From the NCBI GenBank assembly GCA_043228905.1, contig JBHGNT010000012.1, positions 13,144,001 through 13,208,000 of the forward strand: a DNA stretch of 64,000 nt. Reading direction: 5' to 3'. Shown piece by piece: positions 50,706 to 61,388 of the stretch. The DNA is from Azolla caroliniana (taxonomy: Eukaryota; Plantae; Polypodiophyta). The position numbers and the translations under genes are program-made. The first letter of the stretch is position 1, and each line of letters begins with the position of its first letter. Below the pieces are notes generated by a model that was given only the letters and a program-made list of their open reading frames with translations, was not told the origin of the DNA and ran no database searches.

Positions 50706-50750
50706 AGCGAATTGTTATTCCTTAGGGCCAGACAATGGCCTAACATAGGG

Positions 50751-51131
50751 TGTCTATGGAAGACACTTCACCAAAAGGTGCTACGGCGAGATAACTTAAG
50801 ACTCAATGATTAATCAAACTTTAATTGCTTACTTAGCAATATGGCATTAGACCTGATACACGGGTATGATAGAGCAATTAGCACAGAACGGTAATCAACA
50901 CTTAAAGATAAAACACTTAATTTACATTGTAACCGGGCCTTTATATAGATCACCGGTGCCGAGTACAAAACGGTGCCAACCAGAACCTGTTCGGAACCGG
51001 TCCGGATCCGGATCGGCATACCGATTTTGGTCCGTCCGTTCATGTCTCATAAACTACTTGATTATAATAGATTCCGAATATACAATCCCTTTCACATTTT
51101 GGTCTTTAACTCTTTTGTCGGCCGGGTAACA
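50751..51131 (-). repeat. 3' LTR of element E (about 381 bp)
   Basis: TG...CA, minus-strand TATA at about 50940-50947, follows the eORF stop; the second LTR is not in the window to confirm the ends. Confidence 0.7.
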
Positions 51132-51184
51132 CATGGCACGCCCGTGGGACAGTACCTTGTACGTCGAATCCCACTATACGGCCC

Positions 51185-53700
51185 TTAGCCTTCGTCCAAG
51201 ATATCCAGAATACTCTGTTCTAGGGTGTCCAATGGTTCTTTGGGAATTTGTTGTTGTTGTTGTTGTGGCTGTGGCTGTTGTTGCTTCGGCTTCGACTCCT
51301 CCGACTGTTGCTCCTTGGATGGCGTCTGTCTGACTCCCGGTACCGGCGGTTGTGGCGGTGATTCCTCCGTCAGCTACTCTACCGGATTTGACTCCGGTTG
51401 ACGTGCCCTAGCCTTGTCCCCGTCTGGTCCTTGCCCCGGCGATGACTCCTCATCGCTGAGGTTGACGGTGGCCGCTTCCCTTGCTTCTTCTTGCCATAGC
51501 CTAGTCCGCTCATAGCTTTCAAACTGGATTTGAGCATCCAGTCGATCATCGTCCAGCTGTGCTACCAGTTGCCGGATCACTGCTCACTGTTCCTCCACCA
51601 GAGTTACAAAGTCTTCTGTTAACTCATCTCTTACAGCGGTGAAGTCCTCCTTTGTTAGCATGTAGTAGTCGTCGCCATCCTTCTGCCGATTTTCCGCGTC
51701 CGCCCTTAGCAACTGGAGCTCGGCTGTGTGCTTTGCCCATTTGTCCCACTATTGCACGGAGCTTTCGTCAATCAAGAGTTTTGTCTTGTTCCTCCATGCT
51801 TGGAAAATGAACTGGATCCGCTGAAGTCCCATCTTCGATTTGTCATCCGCGGTTTGCCGTTCTATCTTCAATTGCTTGATCAGCTTCACCGTGTCCGCCT
51901 CCTGGTCTTGGTAATGTGACAATTGGTTTTGGTAAGTGTTCTGTAACCTCTGCAATACCATTGTCGCTCTTTCCTTTTCTTCATAATGCTGCTTATGGAG
52001 CTCCATATGTTCCTGCACGGCTTCCTCCAGTAGCGTTGTTCTTTCATCCCATTCTTCAGCTAGCGTTGTCTCGGCTCGATGAACTTCCTGCCGGAGCTCT
52101 GCCATCTTCTCCTGCTGCTTCTTATGCTCCGTATCCAGGTGCTTATAGTCCTGGTGTAGGTGCTCAAAATCATCGGTCTTCTACTTCAACTTCTGGTTGA
52201 GTTGCCGATGAGCGCAGTCTTCCCGATCTTTCTGTTGACGGAGTTCTTCTTTAAGTCTTTCAATCTGCGTTTTCACCATCCATCACATCTTATCCTTTTC
52301 TTGCAGCACTTTCTCTTTCTCCTCCTTAAGCCGGTCATATGCCTGATGTCCTTTCCGCCAATTCTCTTCTTCCCGACGGAGGTTCTCAGCAGTCTTTCTT
52401 TGTTCTTCTTCTGCCGCTTTCTTCAAGTCCCTTTCTCGGGTGCGTAATGCTTCTTGTGCGGCTAGTTCATCTTTTAATTTGGCAAGCTCTTTCGCTTGCG
52501 CCGCCATTGTCTTCCGGACTGGTTCCCTCTCCGGGGTCTTATTACTATGTACAAGTGTTGGTGTGTCTTTATTCTGTACATCTATCGGAGTCACCGGTGC
52601 TTGGATCTGTGGTCCAGTTAAGGCTATTTTGGCCAATTCTTCTGTGGCTAGGTCCAAGTCTTGTTCTAGGCTCCGGATCCTCGACTGGGCCGTCTCTAGT
52701 TCTCCGGTTGTGACTAGCAACCGGTCCATCTGTGCTTTCTCTTCCGCCTCTATTTAGTGCACCACTCTGGTAATCTGTTCTCCAATCCACCGGAGCCATT
52801 GGTTGTCGTTGCCCTGTTGTTGCGTCTGCACGGAGGGTTGGCTGTTGGTTCCGCTAGCCAGTGGTCGGTCTTGTCCGGTTGCGTCGAGCTGTAACTTTGT
52901 CTCTAGTTGGTGACCACTTTGTCATTCTAGTTCCGGTTGCTCCTCCGTTGGCTGCTCCGCCTCTGATTGCACTTGACCTGCCGGTGAGGGAGGCAACTGT
53001 ACTACCGACGCTTGAATTTTGGGTCTTGCCGTATACTGACCCGCCGGTATAGCTTGTTGTGCAGGGAGCTCTGTGACCGGTTCTGTCCAAACCAGTTCCG
53101 TTTCCACCCTTGGTGCGGGATGCTCAATGCGGGGTAGAGGTGTTCCATCCTTCTTTGGGTCCGAACGCTCCTCGGCCTATTCTGCGGTGCTTGCCTTTTG
53201 GTGCCGCTGGAGGTGCTCTAATGGTTCCTCCTCCGCTTCCTCCTCTTGAGTCCCGATGTTGACTTTTGCTGCCAAGGGGTCCGGCTTTTGTTGAACCGGT
53301 TGGTGAAATATGATCTTGATTGGCCTTGCTGTTGTCTCCTCCTGCGTTTCCGCTTGCCGCTTCCTATTGGCACGCTCTTTTGTCGCTTTGTCCGTGTCGG
53401 CCACCTTCCCTTTGGGTGCTTGAGAGGCCAACAGCTGCTGCCATTTCGAAGTCGTTTTCGGGGTGCCTTCGGTTGTTCTCCCTCACTTCGCGGTCTTGAC
53501 GGGCTCGATAGGTGGCGCCAATAGGGTGAGCCATTGCACCACTGCACTCCATATTTTCCGACCCTCCTTGCTTCTTACAGAGTCAGTGGCCGGCCAGAGG
53601 CCGTCCGCAATCAGTACCGGCCAGTCCAGCTTCACGCCTTCATAGGTTGCTATGACTAAGCCAGCTCGGTTCGAAGGCATGCACGGGGGTCGAGGGTATA
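51185..53700 (-). pseudogene. Extra 3' ORF (eORF) of element E, coiled-coil rich, fragmented
   Basis: Collinear minus-strand pieces 53483-53680, 53177-53431, 52922-53107, 52283-52729, 51749-52105, 51374-51580, ending ILDILDEG*. Confidence 0.75.
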
Positions 53701-55064
53701 CATGGTTCTTGCATGTGTCCGTTCACACCTCGCCCTTGCATGATTTACTTTGATTTGATTTGATTTGATTTTATTATTATTATTTTTTTGGTAAAACTGT
53801 TTGGTTAATTCGCATCTGGTCCCACTGGACCCCTATCCGAATTGTGGGACTTGCCGGCCGTTGAACTGCTTGCCGTCGCGTCGTTCTTGCCGTTTGCCGG
53901 CTCGTGCTCCCTCTTACCGGCGATTGCTAAACGTGTTGCCGGCTCTTCTGACTTACCAGTGTCCGGTTCTGTGTCGGTCTTTACTTGTTCAAATGGGTTT
54001 CTTGGCATGGGTCCATTGTATGGTTTGAGTCGGAACCCATTAACCCATTTACGCCAGCAAGTGTCCCTAACTGGTAGGAACCGTTGAACTCACGCGTGAT
54101 CCGGTCCACCGAAACCGTAGCTTCCCCGACATCTTACCCATCCAGGTCTGGAATATTAGTACTGGCTTACCGATTTCGAACATCTTTTCGTTCCCTTTTC
54201 GGTGACAATCCACGAATGCTTTCCTTCGCCGCTGCTCTAGTTCTAGGTGCATGATGCTGACTGGCCGGTGTTCTTCCAATTCGCATAGCGCGGCTAACCG
54301 GATCGCTTCTAATTCCTTCTCATTTAGGCGCTCCCGAATCTGTATTCGTAAACTTGGTACCTAGATGTTACGGGCATGACCATATAATATCCCGTGGTAA
54401 GAATTTACCGTAGTATTCTATACACGTGGATAAGTGTGAGGGTTAGAAGAGAGTGTAAAGAAGGGGAGGATTACTTTTAATCCTCGGGATTGAGACAACC
54501 CATTAGGTCAAGTGTGAACTTGCCTGGGGGCCTTGGGTTTCGCTATAAATAAGAGGCCTAGCTACCCTCATTTGATCATCTTTTGACTACATCGAGACTC
54601 TGCTCGTGTGGTGGGTCAACTCTTGTAGCGAGCGCGCCAGCACCAGGTACGACTCGACGCCACGGCGGTGGTATGGGACGCCGATCGAGGCTCGAGTCTG
54701 TCTCGATCCCTTCGCTCGGGGGTGGTCGGGTGGATCGGCACCCTTCTTTCTCTTTCTCCTTTCTATCTATCTTTCATTATCCTTATCTTAAGCTTACATT
54801 AGTACTATGATCTATAATATTTGGTATCAGATTTTTTTTACTAATGTTTCTTTGTTTTTCATTTGTCTTTTGATTGATGTTGATCGATCGTTGTGCGGTT
54901 GGCCTCGATCCAGACAACGATCAACAAAGAACTTCGGTAACTCTTTCCATAATTTTTCTTTCTATTCTCTCTTCTCCCATCTAATCATGTGTTTAGTTTA
55001 TATGTAATTTTTTTCATTAAGTCAATGATGTTGTAGTGGTCTTTAATTGATTATCTAAAACGTT

Positions 55065-55335
55065 TACATATGTGCACGAGGTCAATACCTCGTTTGACAT
55101 ATTAATAATATGTGATGAGTGTCGTATGCGTACGAGGTTAATACCTCAATTACGTATTACGATCACGAACATATGTTACGTTTGCGTATGAGTTTAATAC
55201 CTTGATTTGTTGTAAACGATATGCGTTTGGTCTAGTATGCGTAAGAGGTCAATACCTCCATTGCGTATTACGATGATCTCTTATTTGTGGATGTTTCGTG
55301 TGCGTAGAGGTATATACCTCGATTACGTATCTCGA
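55065..55335 (+). repeat. Array of five hairpins GAGGT-N4-ACCTC, about 56-nt period, in the A4 leader
   Basis: Cores start at 55078, 55134, 55190, 55245, 55307; also present in A1, A2 and A3. Confidence 0.85.
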
Positions 55336-56509
55336 TCACATCATTTGTGGCTATTTAATATAACGATATGTTTAATATAGGCATATGTGGTCACATATAT
55401 ACGTATTTGATCGTATATATGTGATAACTAAACATATGTGTATATTCGTTATTACGTGATTATATCGAAAGTTGTCCTTGTCGGGAAAAGGATGTTGGTG
55501 GCCGTCCTCACATTTTTGTGAGAATGGCGTTGTCACCATCCCTTTTTCAACATTTTTTTATTGTTGATAACCCCATTGACGACCTCGATTTCGTTACGTA
55601 AAGAAACGCAAATAGCCAAAATGATGTTGAGTACGTAGGGCTTGACCCACTTCAAGTGAGGTCGCTCCAATGACGCACGTATCCAACATCCCTCCCTCGT
55701 TACATGGATACGATGCCACCATGAGCTCGTTCTTACGAGAGGCATTCGTAATGATGTGACCATGTGATGGCCCACGTGAGCCTACTACGAAACGAGGGCT
55801 CATTTGGCTTGACCATTAGGTTGCCCTTTGGCATATGCCATCGTAATTACGAGACTTGAGGTTAGGTAACGTACCAACATAGTTTTGGTAAATGAGGGCG
55901 AAATAAGGACCCTTGACATATATGTTCTTTTAAAAAAACGTATATGATCAATTGCCTCGCATATCTCTTATACGCATCAAACATTAAACATTCGAGAAGA
56001 GCAACTTACTTGGTTGGCTCAAGTGTTTAATGTATTTGTTCTCGAGGTCTCGAGTTCAAATATGACCAAGACCATACAACATCCTTGATACATATGACTA
56101 TAACACATGTTTAGACTTAAGGTCTACATGCACCTCGGGGTCCTCGTAATAGGACTTAAAGAGCCGAAACCACTTATGTGGGCACCGAAACATAGTTTAT
56201 TGTTAACATTTTTTTTCGTGTATAAACTATTCATGACGCGAACATACATGGTTGAGCCTCGGGGAGCCACCATGAAAAAATTGATATAGAGATCAGGGAA
56301 AGACATTTATTTGTCACCCCCATGGTTTTTAAAACACCTTTGTGTTACCATAGTAACCTGATCTTGAACCTCATCTCATACGTCTAGAGGGGTATTGGCG
56401 TGAGATAATGATATCGATTAATGCTCGCCCATGATATGTTTACATCACGCCAAGATGTTATGACTATATCTCTGACCTTATCCTATTTCTTTTCCAGAAA
56501 TAATCTTTA

Positions 56510-59500
56510 ATGGCTCAAATTAATGACCCGACGTCATCCGCTCAAGCGGAAGGAACTCAAGGGAATCCTCCTGGACAAATGTCCACTGAGATGTATTTGG
56601 CACAAATAACCCAATACCTTAGTTTCACCGCTCAACAGATGAACGAACTTCGGCAATCTCAGAGTGCTCTTGAGGCACGTGTCATTAGTCTACAACGTGA
56701 GACTAATAGACCTGATGAGCGACAAGGTGAACCATCATTTGTCGTTAAGCCATTTACGGGAGACAAAAAGGAAAGAACCGAAGAAGCAATCTGCACATGG
56801 CTGGGACGATGGGAGTCTCATTTTGAGCTCTATCCCACGCCAGATAGTACGAAGATTGCATATGTCGGCCGAGAACTCGGGGGTAAGGCCGCCGCCTGGT
56901 GGCGTGGCCTCCGTACTATGGGGAAATTGCCCGATACCTGGACAGATTTTGTCACGGTTTTTAAGGGCCAATTTCTGCAACCTCCCTCTCGAACCGAGGC
57001 AGCACAAGCTTTAATGAACCTCTCTAGCAGGAAATTTTCCTCGCTAGAAGACTATGTTCACCATGCTAGAACCCAAATCCAAAAATCGGGTCTAGAAGGG
57101 GACAATTGGTTGATAGCTTGTTTTGTCAATGGCATCCCCAATTCGGACTATCACTGGATAGTGCACGATAAGGATCCAAAATCCTTCGAAGAGGCCGTTG
57201 AAATAGTTCTTCGCTATCAACGCACTTCGAAGAAGGACCATAACAAACCCAACGAAGCGCCCGGGACTAAGCAGTCGCAATTTGTTGGGAAACGCAAGAC
57301 ACCCAACGAATTCCTGGATCGCGATTGTAAGCGACAACATCCTTTTTGTGTATTCTGCAAAAAGAAGGGTCATACAAAAGATCAATGTCGAAAGCTCCAA
57401 CGGAAAGAGCACGACAACAAAGCTAAAGCTGCAGACCATAAAGGTCAGATTCCTAATGTCCTTCAGGTCTATACACATCATTTAAGTAATTGTCAATGTT
57501 CTTTCCCTCACTATGTATTGGGTCCCAATGATTTACTACGTGCAAACGGGTATATCAATGGATCTCCCGTACAGTTTTTATTTGATTCGGGAAGCTCACA
57601 CAATTTTGTGAATGATCGTTTGGTTCAGATATGGGGAATCCAACCCACCGTAAGTGATCACACCTACACGGTGCACTTGGCTGATGGAAGAGTACAATAC
57701 ATCAACGGGGCGATTCATTCATTAGGAATTTCTATTGATACTTATATAGAGGAAGTAGACTTCCATGTAATGAATCTTTGTACCACCGATGTAATACTGG
57801 GTTATCCCTGGTTTTATAATAAAAACTCTTCTTTATTTATTGATTGGGTTCGTCATTCCATTTCTTTTTTACTGAACGATTGTACGCATTTTATTCAATG
57901 TGTAAAAAAACAATCCCTCTCGATTGTTTCCTCGTGTCCATCAATATCCGAGTTGTCTTGTTCTACGTTATTTTATTGTGTACTTGATCCGGACATTCAC
58001 GTTTACAATATCGATAATGTCCCGATTCAATTAACATATTTTGAACAACAACAACTTGATGAAATCTTAAATGATTTTCATGATGTTTTTCCAAGTGAAC
58101 TACCTGATGGGTTACCTCCTAAACGTAATATAGACCATCGTATAGATATTGTACCTGGTGTTGCACCAATAAGTATACCTCCGTATCGCTTAAGTCGATC
58201 CGAAGAAGATGAGGTATCTAAGCAACTCAAGGACTATTTACGAATGGGTTATATACGTTATAGTAAATCTCCATGGGGTGCACCAGTTCTCTTGGTTAAA
58301 AAGAAAGAGGGCACATGGCGTATGTGTATTAATTACCGACGCTTGAATAAAGTGACGATCAAGAATTCGTATCCATTGCCCCGGGCTGACGATCTAATTG
58401 ACCGTCTCCAGGGAGCTCGGTATTTTACGAAACTTGATCTCCGTACTGGCTACCATCAAATACGAATAAGTGAGGACGATGTTCCTAAAACGGCATTTCG
58501 TACGCGCTATGGCCATTACGAGTTTTTGGTTATGCCTTTTGGTTTGACCAATGCTCCGGCTACTTTTCAACAAGAAATGAATGACATTTTCCGAGAACAA
58601 CTTGGAAAATTTGTCGTTATTTTCTTGGATGATATTTTAGTTTATAGCCGTACATTACAAGAACATGCTAGACATGTCCGCTTTGTTTTACAAACATTGC
58701 GTGACAAACAGTTTTATGCGAAGATCTCAAAATGTGAGTTCTTCAAGAAATCAATTACTTATCTAGGACATCTCATAACCGAACGAGGAGTTGAAATTGA
58801 TCCTTCTCGCATTGAGAAAATCAAGCTTTGGCCCACTCTTCGGAATATTCGAGAAGTTCGATCATTCCTTGGTTTTGTGGGGTTTTTGCGAAAGTCTCTT
58901 CGTAATTACTCCCAATTGACGACGCCGTTTACTGATCTTTTAAAAGGTCAAACGCGTAAGTCTACAAAACCTATTGTGTGGAATGCTACACTAGACCTTG
59001 CATTTAAGGAACTCAAGGACCTAGTTTGCAAGGCTCCTTCACTTCTTTTACCTGATCCGTCAAAACCTTTTGAGGTTGAAACCGATGCAAGCGATTATGC
59101 TATAGGTGCTGTCTTGTATCAAGATGGTAAACCAATAGCATTCGAGAGTAAGAAACTTGATTCTGCTCAATGTCGGTATACCGTTCAAGAAAAGGAATTA
59201 TTTGCAGTTATACATGCGCTCAAAACATGGCGCCATTATCTTTATGGAAATCACTTTGTGGTAACTACGGACCACGAGTCCTTGAAATATTTTTGTGACC
59301 AACAAGACCTGAAAGGTCGTAAGGCACGATGGGCTGATCTCATCCAGGACTTTGATTTTTCCATACGATATCGTAAAGGTTCCATGAACATTGTCGCTGA
59401 TGCACTAAGTCGCATCCGTGAAGTTAACACGCTTAGCTTCACTGAAATATCATCAGATCTTTATGATCACCTTCGAGGAAAGTATCCTGATGACAGTTAT

Positions 59501-60943
59501 TTCGCAAAATACTGGGCTAGAGTTGAGTCTGGAACAGACACCACCACATCCTCGAAGGAATACTTCCACATTGCTAACGGTTTGCTCTACCGTAATGGGA
59601 AGGTTTGTGTTCCAGATTTACCCGAGGTCAAAAAGAGGATTCTTTTTGAATGCCATGATGCACCCTCAGCAGGGCACCCTGGAATACATCGTACACTCGT
59701 TCTCATCTCCACTCAATTTTATTGGCCTAAGATGCATCCTGACATACATAGCTATGTGACTAAATGTCACCAGTGTCAGGTTAACAAAGCCGAGCGACTT
59801 AAAGCCGCAGGACTTTTACATCCCTTGGACATTCCCAATAATAAGTGGGAAAGTATATCCATGGATTTTATTGTTAGCCTTCCTCGCACCCAAAAAGGTC
59901 ATGATGCCATCTGGGTTGTCGTTGATCGACTAACTAAAATGGCCAGATTTATTGCTACTAAAACCACGGTAACAGCTCCTGAAGTGGCTTACCAATTTGT
60001 AGACGAATTGTTTCGTTTTTATGGGTTACCGATGGATATCGTGAGTGATCGAGATCCAAAGTTTACTAGTGACTTCTGGACGCAAGTCTTTAAGAAGTTA
60101 GAAACTACGTTGAGCATGAGCTCCACGGATCATCCTCAATCCGATGGACAGACAGAACGAGTAAATCAAATTATTGAGGACATGCTTCGAGCATACGTTG
60201 GTGCAAAACCAACAAAATGGGAACGTTATCTCCCAATTTTGGAGTTTGCTTATAACAGCTCCAAGCATACGTCGACGGGATATAGTCCTTTTATGTTGAT
60301 GTATGGTTTTCAGCCACGAGCCCCGATTGATGTTAATATACATCATGATGAGTTGCGAAGTACGCAAAACTTTCTTCGGGATATGCAAGATATGTTGCAT
60401 ATTGCACGAGATAATATAAAAACAGCTCAAGATAGAGCGCGTTTTTATGCCGATCATCATAGGCAACCTCGTGTATTCAACCCTGGACAGAAGGTATTTT
60501 TACGTGTACCTCACAATTCAAAGACATTGTCTACGGGTAAGTGCGCTAAGTTAGCCCCATGGTTTTGTGGACCTTTTACAGTCCTCAAACGCATTGGGTC
60601 ATCAGCCTATCGTCTCGCTCTTCCCGATGGTGTCGGAATTCATCCAGTCTTTCATGTGAGTCGTCTAAAAGAACTTCTAGGTTCTGGCGACAATACAGTT
60701 ACGACTGAAACTCTGGTTACTTCTGAAGAATTATCTTCTAAACCACATGTACCAGAAAGAATTCTCGATGTTAAAACAAAAAAATTACGTACTAAAGAAA
60801 TCCGAGAATTCAAAATAAAATGGATGGATAAATCAATAAAAGATGCCACATGGGAACGCGAAAATACTCTTAGAACTAACTTCCCTAACTTTCCATTGCA
60901 AGAGTGCAATGTTTTAAAGAGGGGGAGTATGTTACGGGCATGA
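56510..60943 (+). CDS. Single-ORF Gag-Pol polyprotein (1477 aa): gag, CCHC knuckle, aspartic protease, RT, RNase H, integrase, group II chromodomain
   Basis: [14 protein letters not shown]; [10 protein letters not shown]; [10 protein letters not shown]; [10 protein letters not shown]; [14 protein letters not shown]; SDRDPKF; DGQTE; PERILD..KIKW..ATWE. Confidence 0.97.
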   Translation: MAQINDPTSSAQAEGTQGNPPGQMSTEMYLAQITQYLSFTAQQMNELRQSQSALEARVISLQRETNRPDERQGEPSFVVKPFTGDKKERTEEAICTWLGRWESHFELYPTPDSTKIAYVGRELGGKAAAWWRGLRTMGKLPDTWTDFVTVFKGQFLQPPSRTEAAQALMNLSSRKFSSLEDYVHHARTQIQKSGLEGDNWLIACFVNGIPNSDYHWIVHDKDPKSFEEAVEIVLRYQRTSKKDHNKPNEAPGTKQSQFVGKRKTPNEFLDRDCKRQHPFCVFCKKKGHTKDQCRKLQRKEHDNKAKAADHKGQIPNVLQVYTHHLSNCQCSFPHYVLGPNDLLRANGYINGSPVQFLFDSGSSHNFVNDRLVQIWGIQPTVSDHTYTVHLADGRVQYINGAIHSLGISIDTYIEEVDFHVMNLCTTDVILGYPWFYNKNSSLFIDWVRHSISFLLNDCTHFIQCVKKQSLSIVSSCPSISELSCSTLFYCVLDPDIHVYNIDNVPIQLTYFEQQQLDEILNDFHDVFPSELPDGLPPKRNIDHRIDIVPGVAPISIPPYRLSRSEEDEVSKQLKDYLRMGYIRYSKSPWGAPVLLVKKKEGTWRMCINYRRLNKVTIKNSYPLPRADDLIDRLQGARYFTKLDLRTGYHQIRISEDDVPKTAFRTRYGHYEFLVMPFGLTNAPATFQQEMNDIFREQLGKFVVIFLDDILVYSRTLQEHARHVRFVLQTLRDKQFYAKISKCEFFKKSITYLGHLITERGVEIDPSRIEKIKLWPTLRNIREVRSFLGFVGFLRKSLRNYSQLTTPFTDLLKGQTRKSTKPIVWNATLDLAFKELKDLVCKAPSLLLPDPSKPFEVETDASDYAIGAVLYQDGKPIAFESKKLDSAQCRYTVQEKELFAVIHALKTWRHYLYGNHFVVTTDHESLKYFCDQQDLKGRKARWADLIQDFDFSIRYRKGSMNIVADALSRIREVNTLSFTEISSDLYDHLRGKYPDDSYFAKYWARVESGTDTTTSSKEYFHIANGLLYRNGKVCVPDLPEVKKRILFECHDAPSAGHPGIHRTLVLISTQFYWPKMHPDIHSYVTKCHQCQVNKAERLKAAGLLHPLDIPNNKWESISMDFIVSLPRTQKGHDAIWVVVDRLTKMARFIATKTTVTAPEVAYQFVDELFRFYGLPMDIVSDRDPKFTSDFWTQVFKKLETTLSMSSTDHPQSDGQTERVNQIIEDMLRAYVGAKPTKWERYLPILEFAYNSSKHTSTGYSPFMLMYGFQPRAPIDVNIHHDELRSTQNFLRDMQDMLHIARDNIKTAQDRARFYADHHRQPRVFNPGQKVFLRVPHNSKTLSTGKCAKLAPWFCGPFTVLKRIGSSAYRLALPDGVGIHPVFHVSRLKELLGSGDNTVTTETLVTSEELSSKPHVPERILDVKTKKLRTKEIREFKIKWMDKSIKDATWERENTLRTNFPNFPLQECNVLKRGSMLRA

Positions 60944-61388
60944 CCATATAATATCCCGTGGTAAGAATTTACCGTAGTATTCTATACACGTGGATAAGTG
61001 TGAGGGTTAGATGAGAGTGTAAAGAAGGGGAGGATTACTTTTAATCCTCGGGATTGAGACAACCCATTAGGTCAAGTGTGAACTTGCCTGGGGGCCTTGG
61101 GTTTCGCTATAAATAAGAGGCCTAGCTACCCTCATTTGATCATCTTTTGACTACATCGAGACTCTGCTCGTGTGGTGGGTCAACTCTTGTAGCGAGCGCG
61201 CCAGCACCAGGTACGACTCGACGCCACGGCGGTGGTATGGGACGCCGATCGAGGCTCGAGTCCGTCTCGATCCCTTCGCTCGGGGGTGGTCGGGTGGATC
61301 GGCACCCTTCTTTCTCTTTCTCCTTTCTATCTATCTTTCATTATCCTTATCTTAAGCTTACATTAGTACTATGATCTATAATACTAGA

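Larger units (their letters stand above)
47690..50722. mobile_element. Putative DNA-transposon-like element with palindromic subterminal repeats; superfamily unresolved
   Basis: TAGCTAATTAGCTA-type motifs at both ends (47720-47775, 50335-50705) bracket a spliced gene remnant; no clear TIR or TSD found. Confidence 0.5.
54366..61383 (+). mobile_element. Intact, recent Gypsy chromovirus family A copy A4 (7018 bp)
   Basis: 454-bp LTRs 54366-54819 and 60930-61383 differing at 2 positions by eye, TSD CTAGA, PBS 54822-54831, PPT 60916-60927. Confidence 0.98.

Noticed and set aside
54583-54810. Recurrent small ORFs in family-A LTRs and leader (MTTSRL.., MWWVNS.., MSPRFVV..)
   Set aside because: They recur only because the repeat recurs; often non-ATG starts and broken in older copies
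55065-55335. CRISPR array (palindromic repeats with linkers)
   Set aside because: Eukaryotic retrotransposon leader, no cas genes, degenerate repeats, and linkers are homologous between copies rather than acquired spacers
56010-56074. tRNA gene or mimic in the family-A leader (TGGCTCAAGTG...GAGTTCAAATA...ACCA)
   Set aside because: Both boxes deviate from consensus, there is no cloverleaf, and the A-box part pairs in a different long hairpin
56712-56760. Hammerhead ribozyme (CTGATGA followed by a stem)
   Set aside because: No GAAA after stem II, and it lies in gag coding sequence
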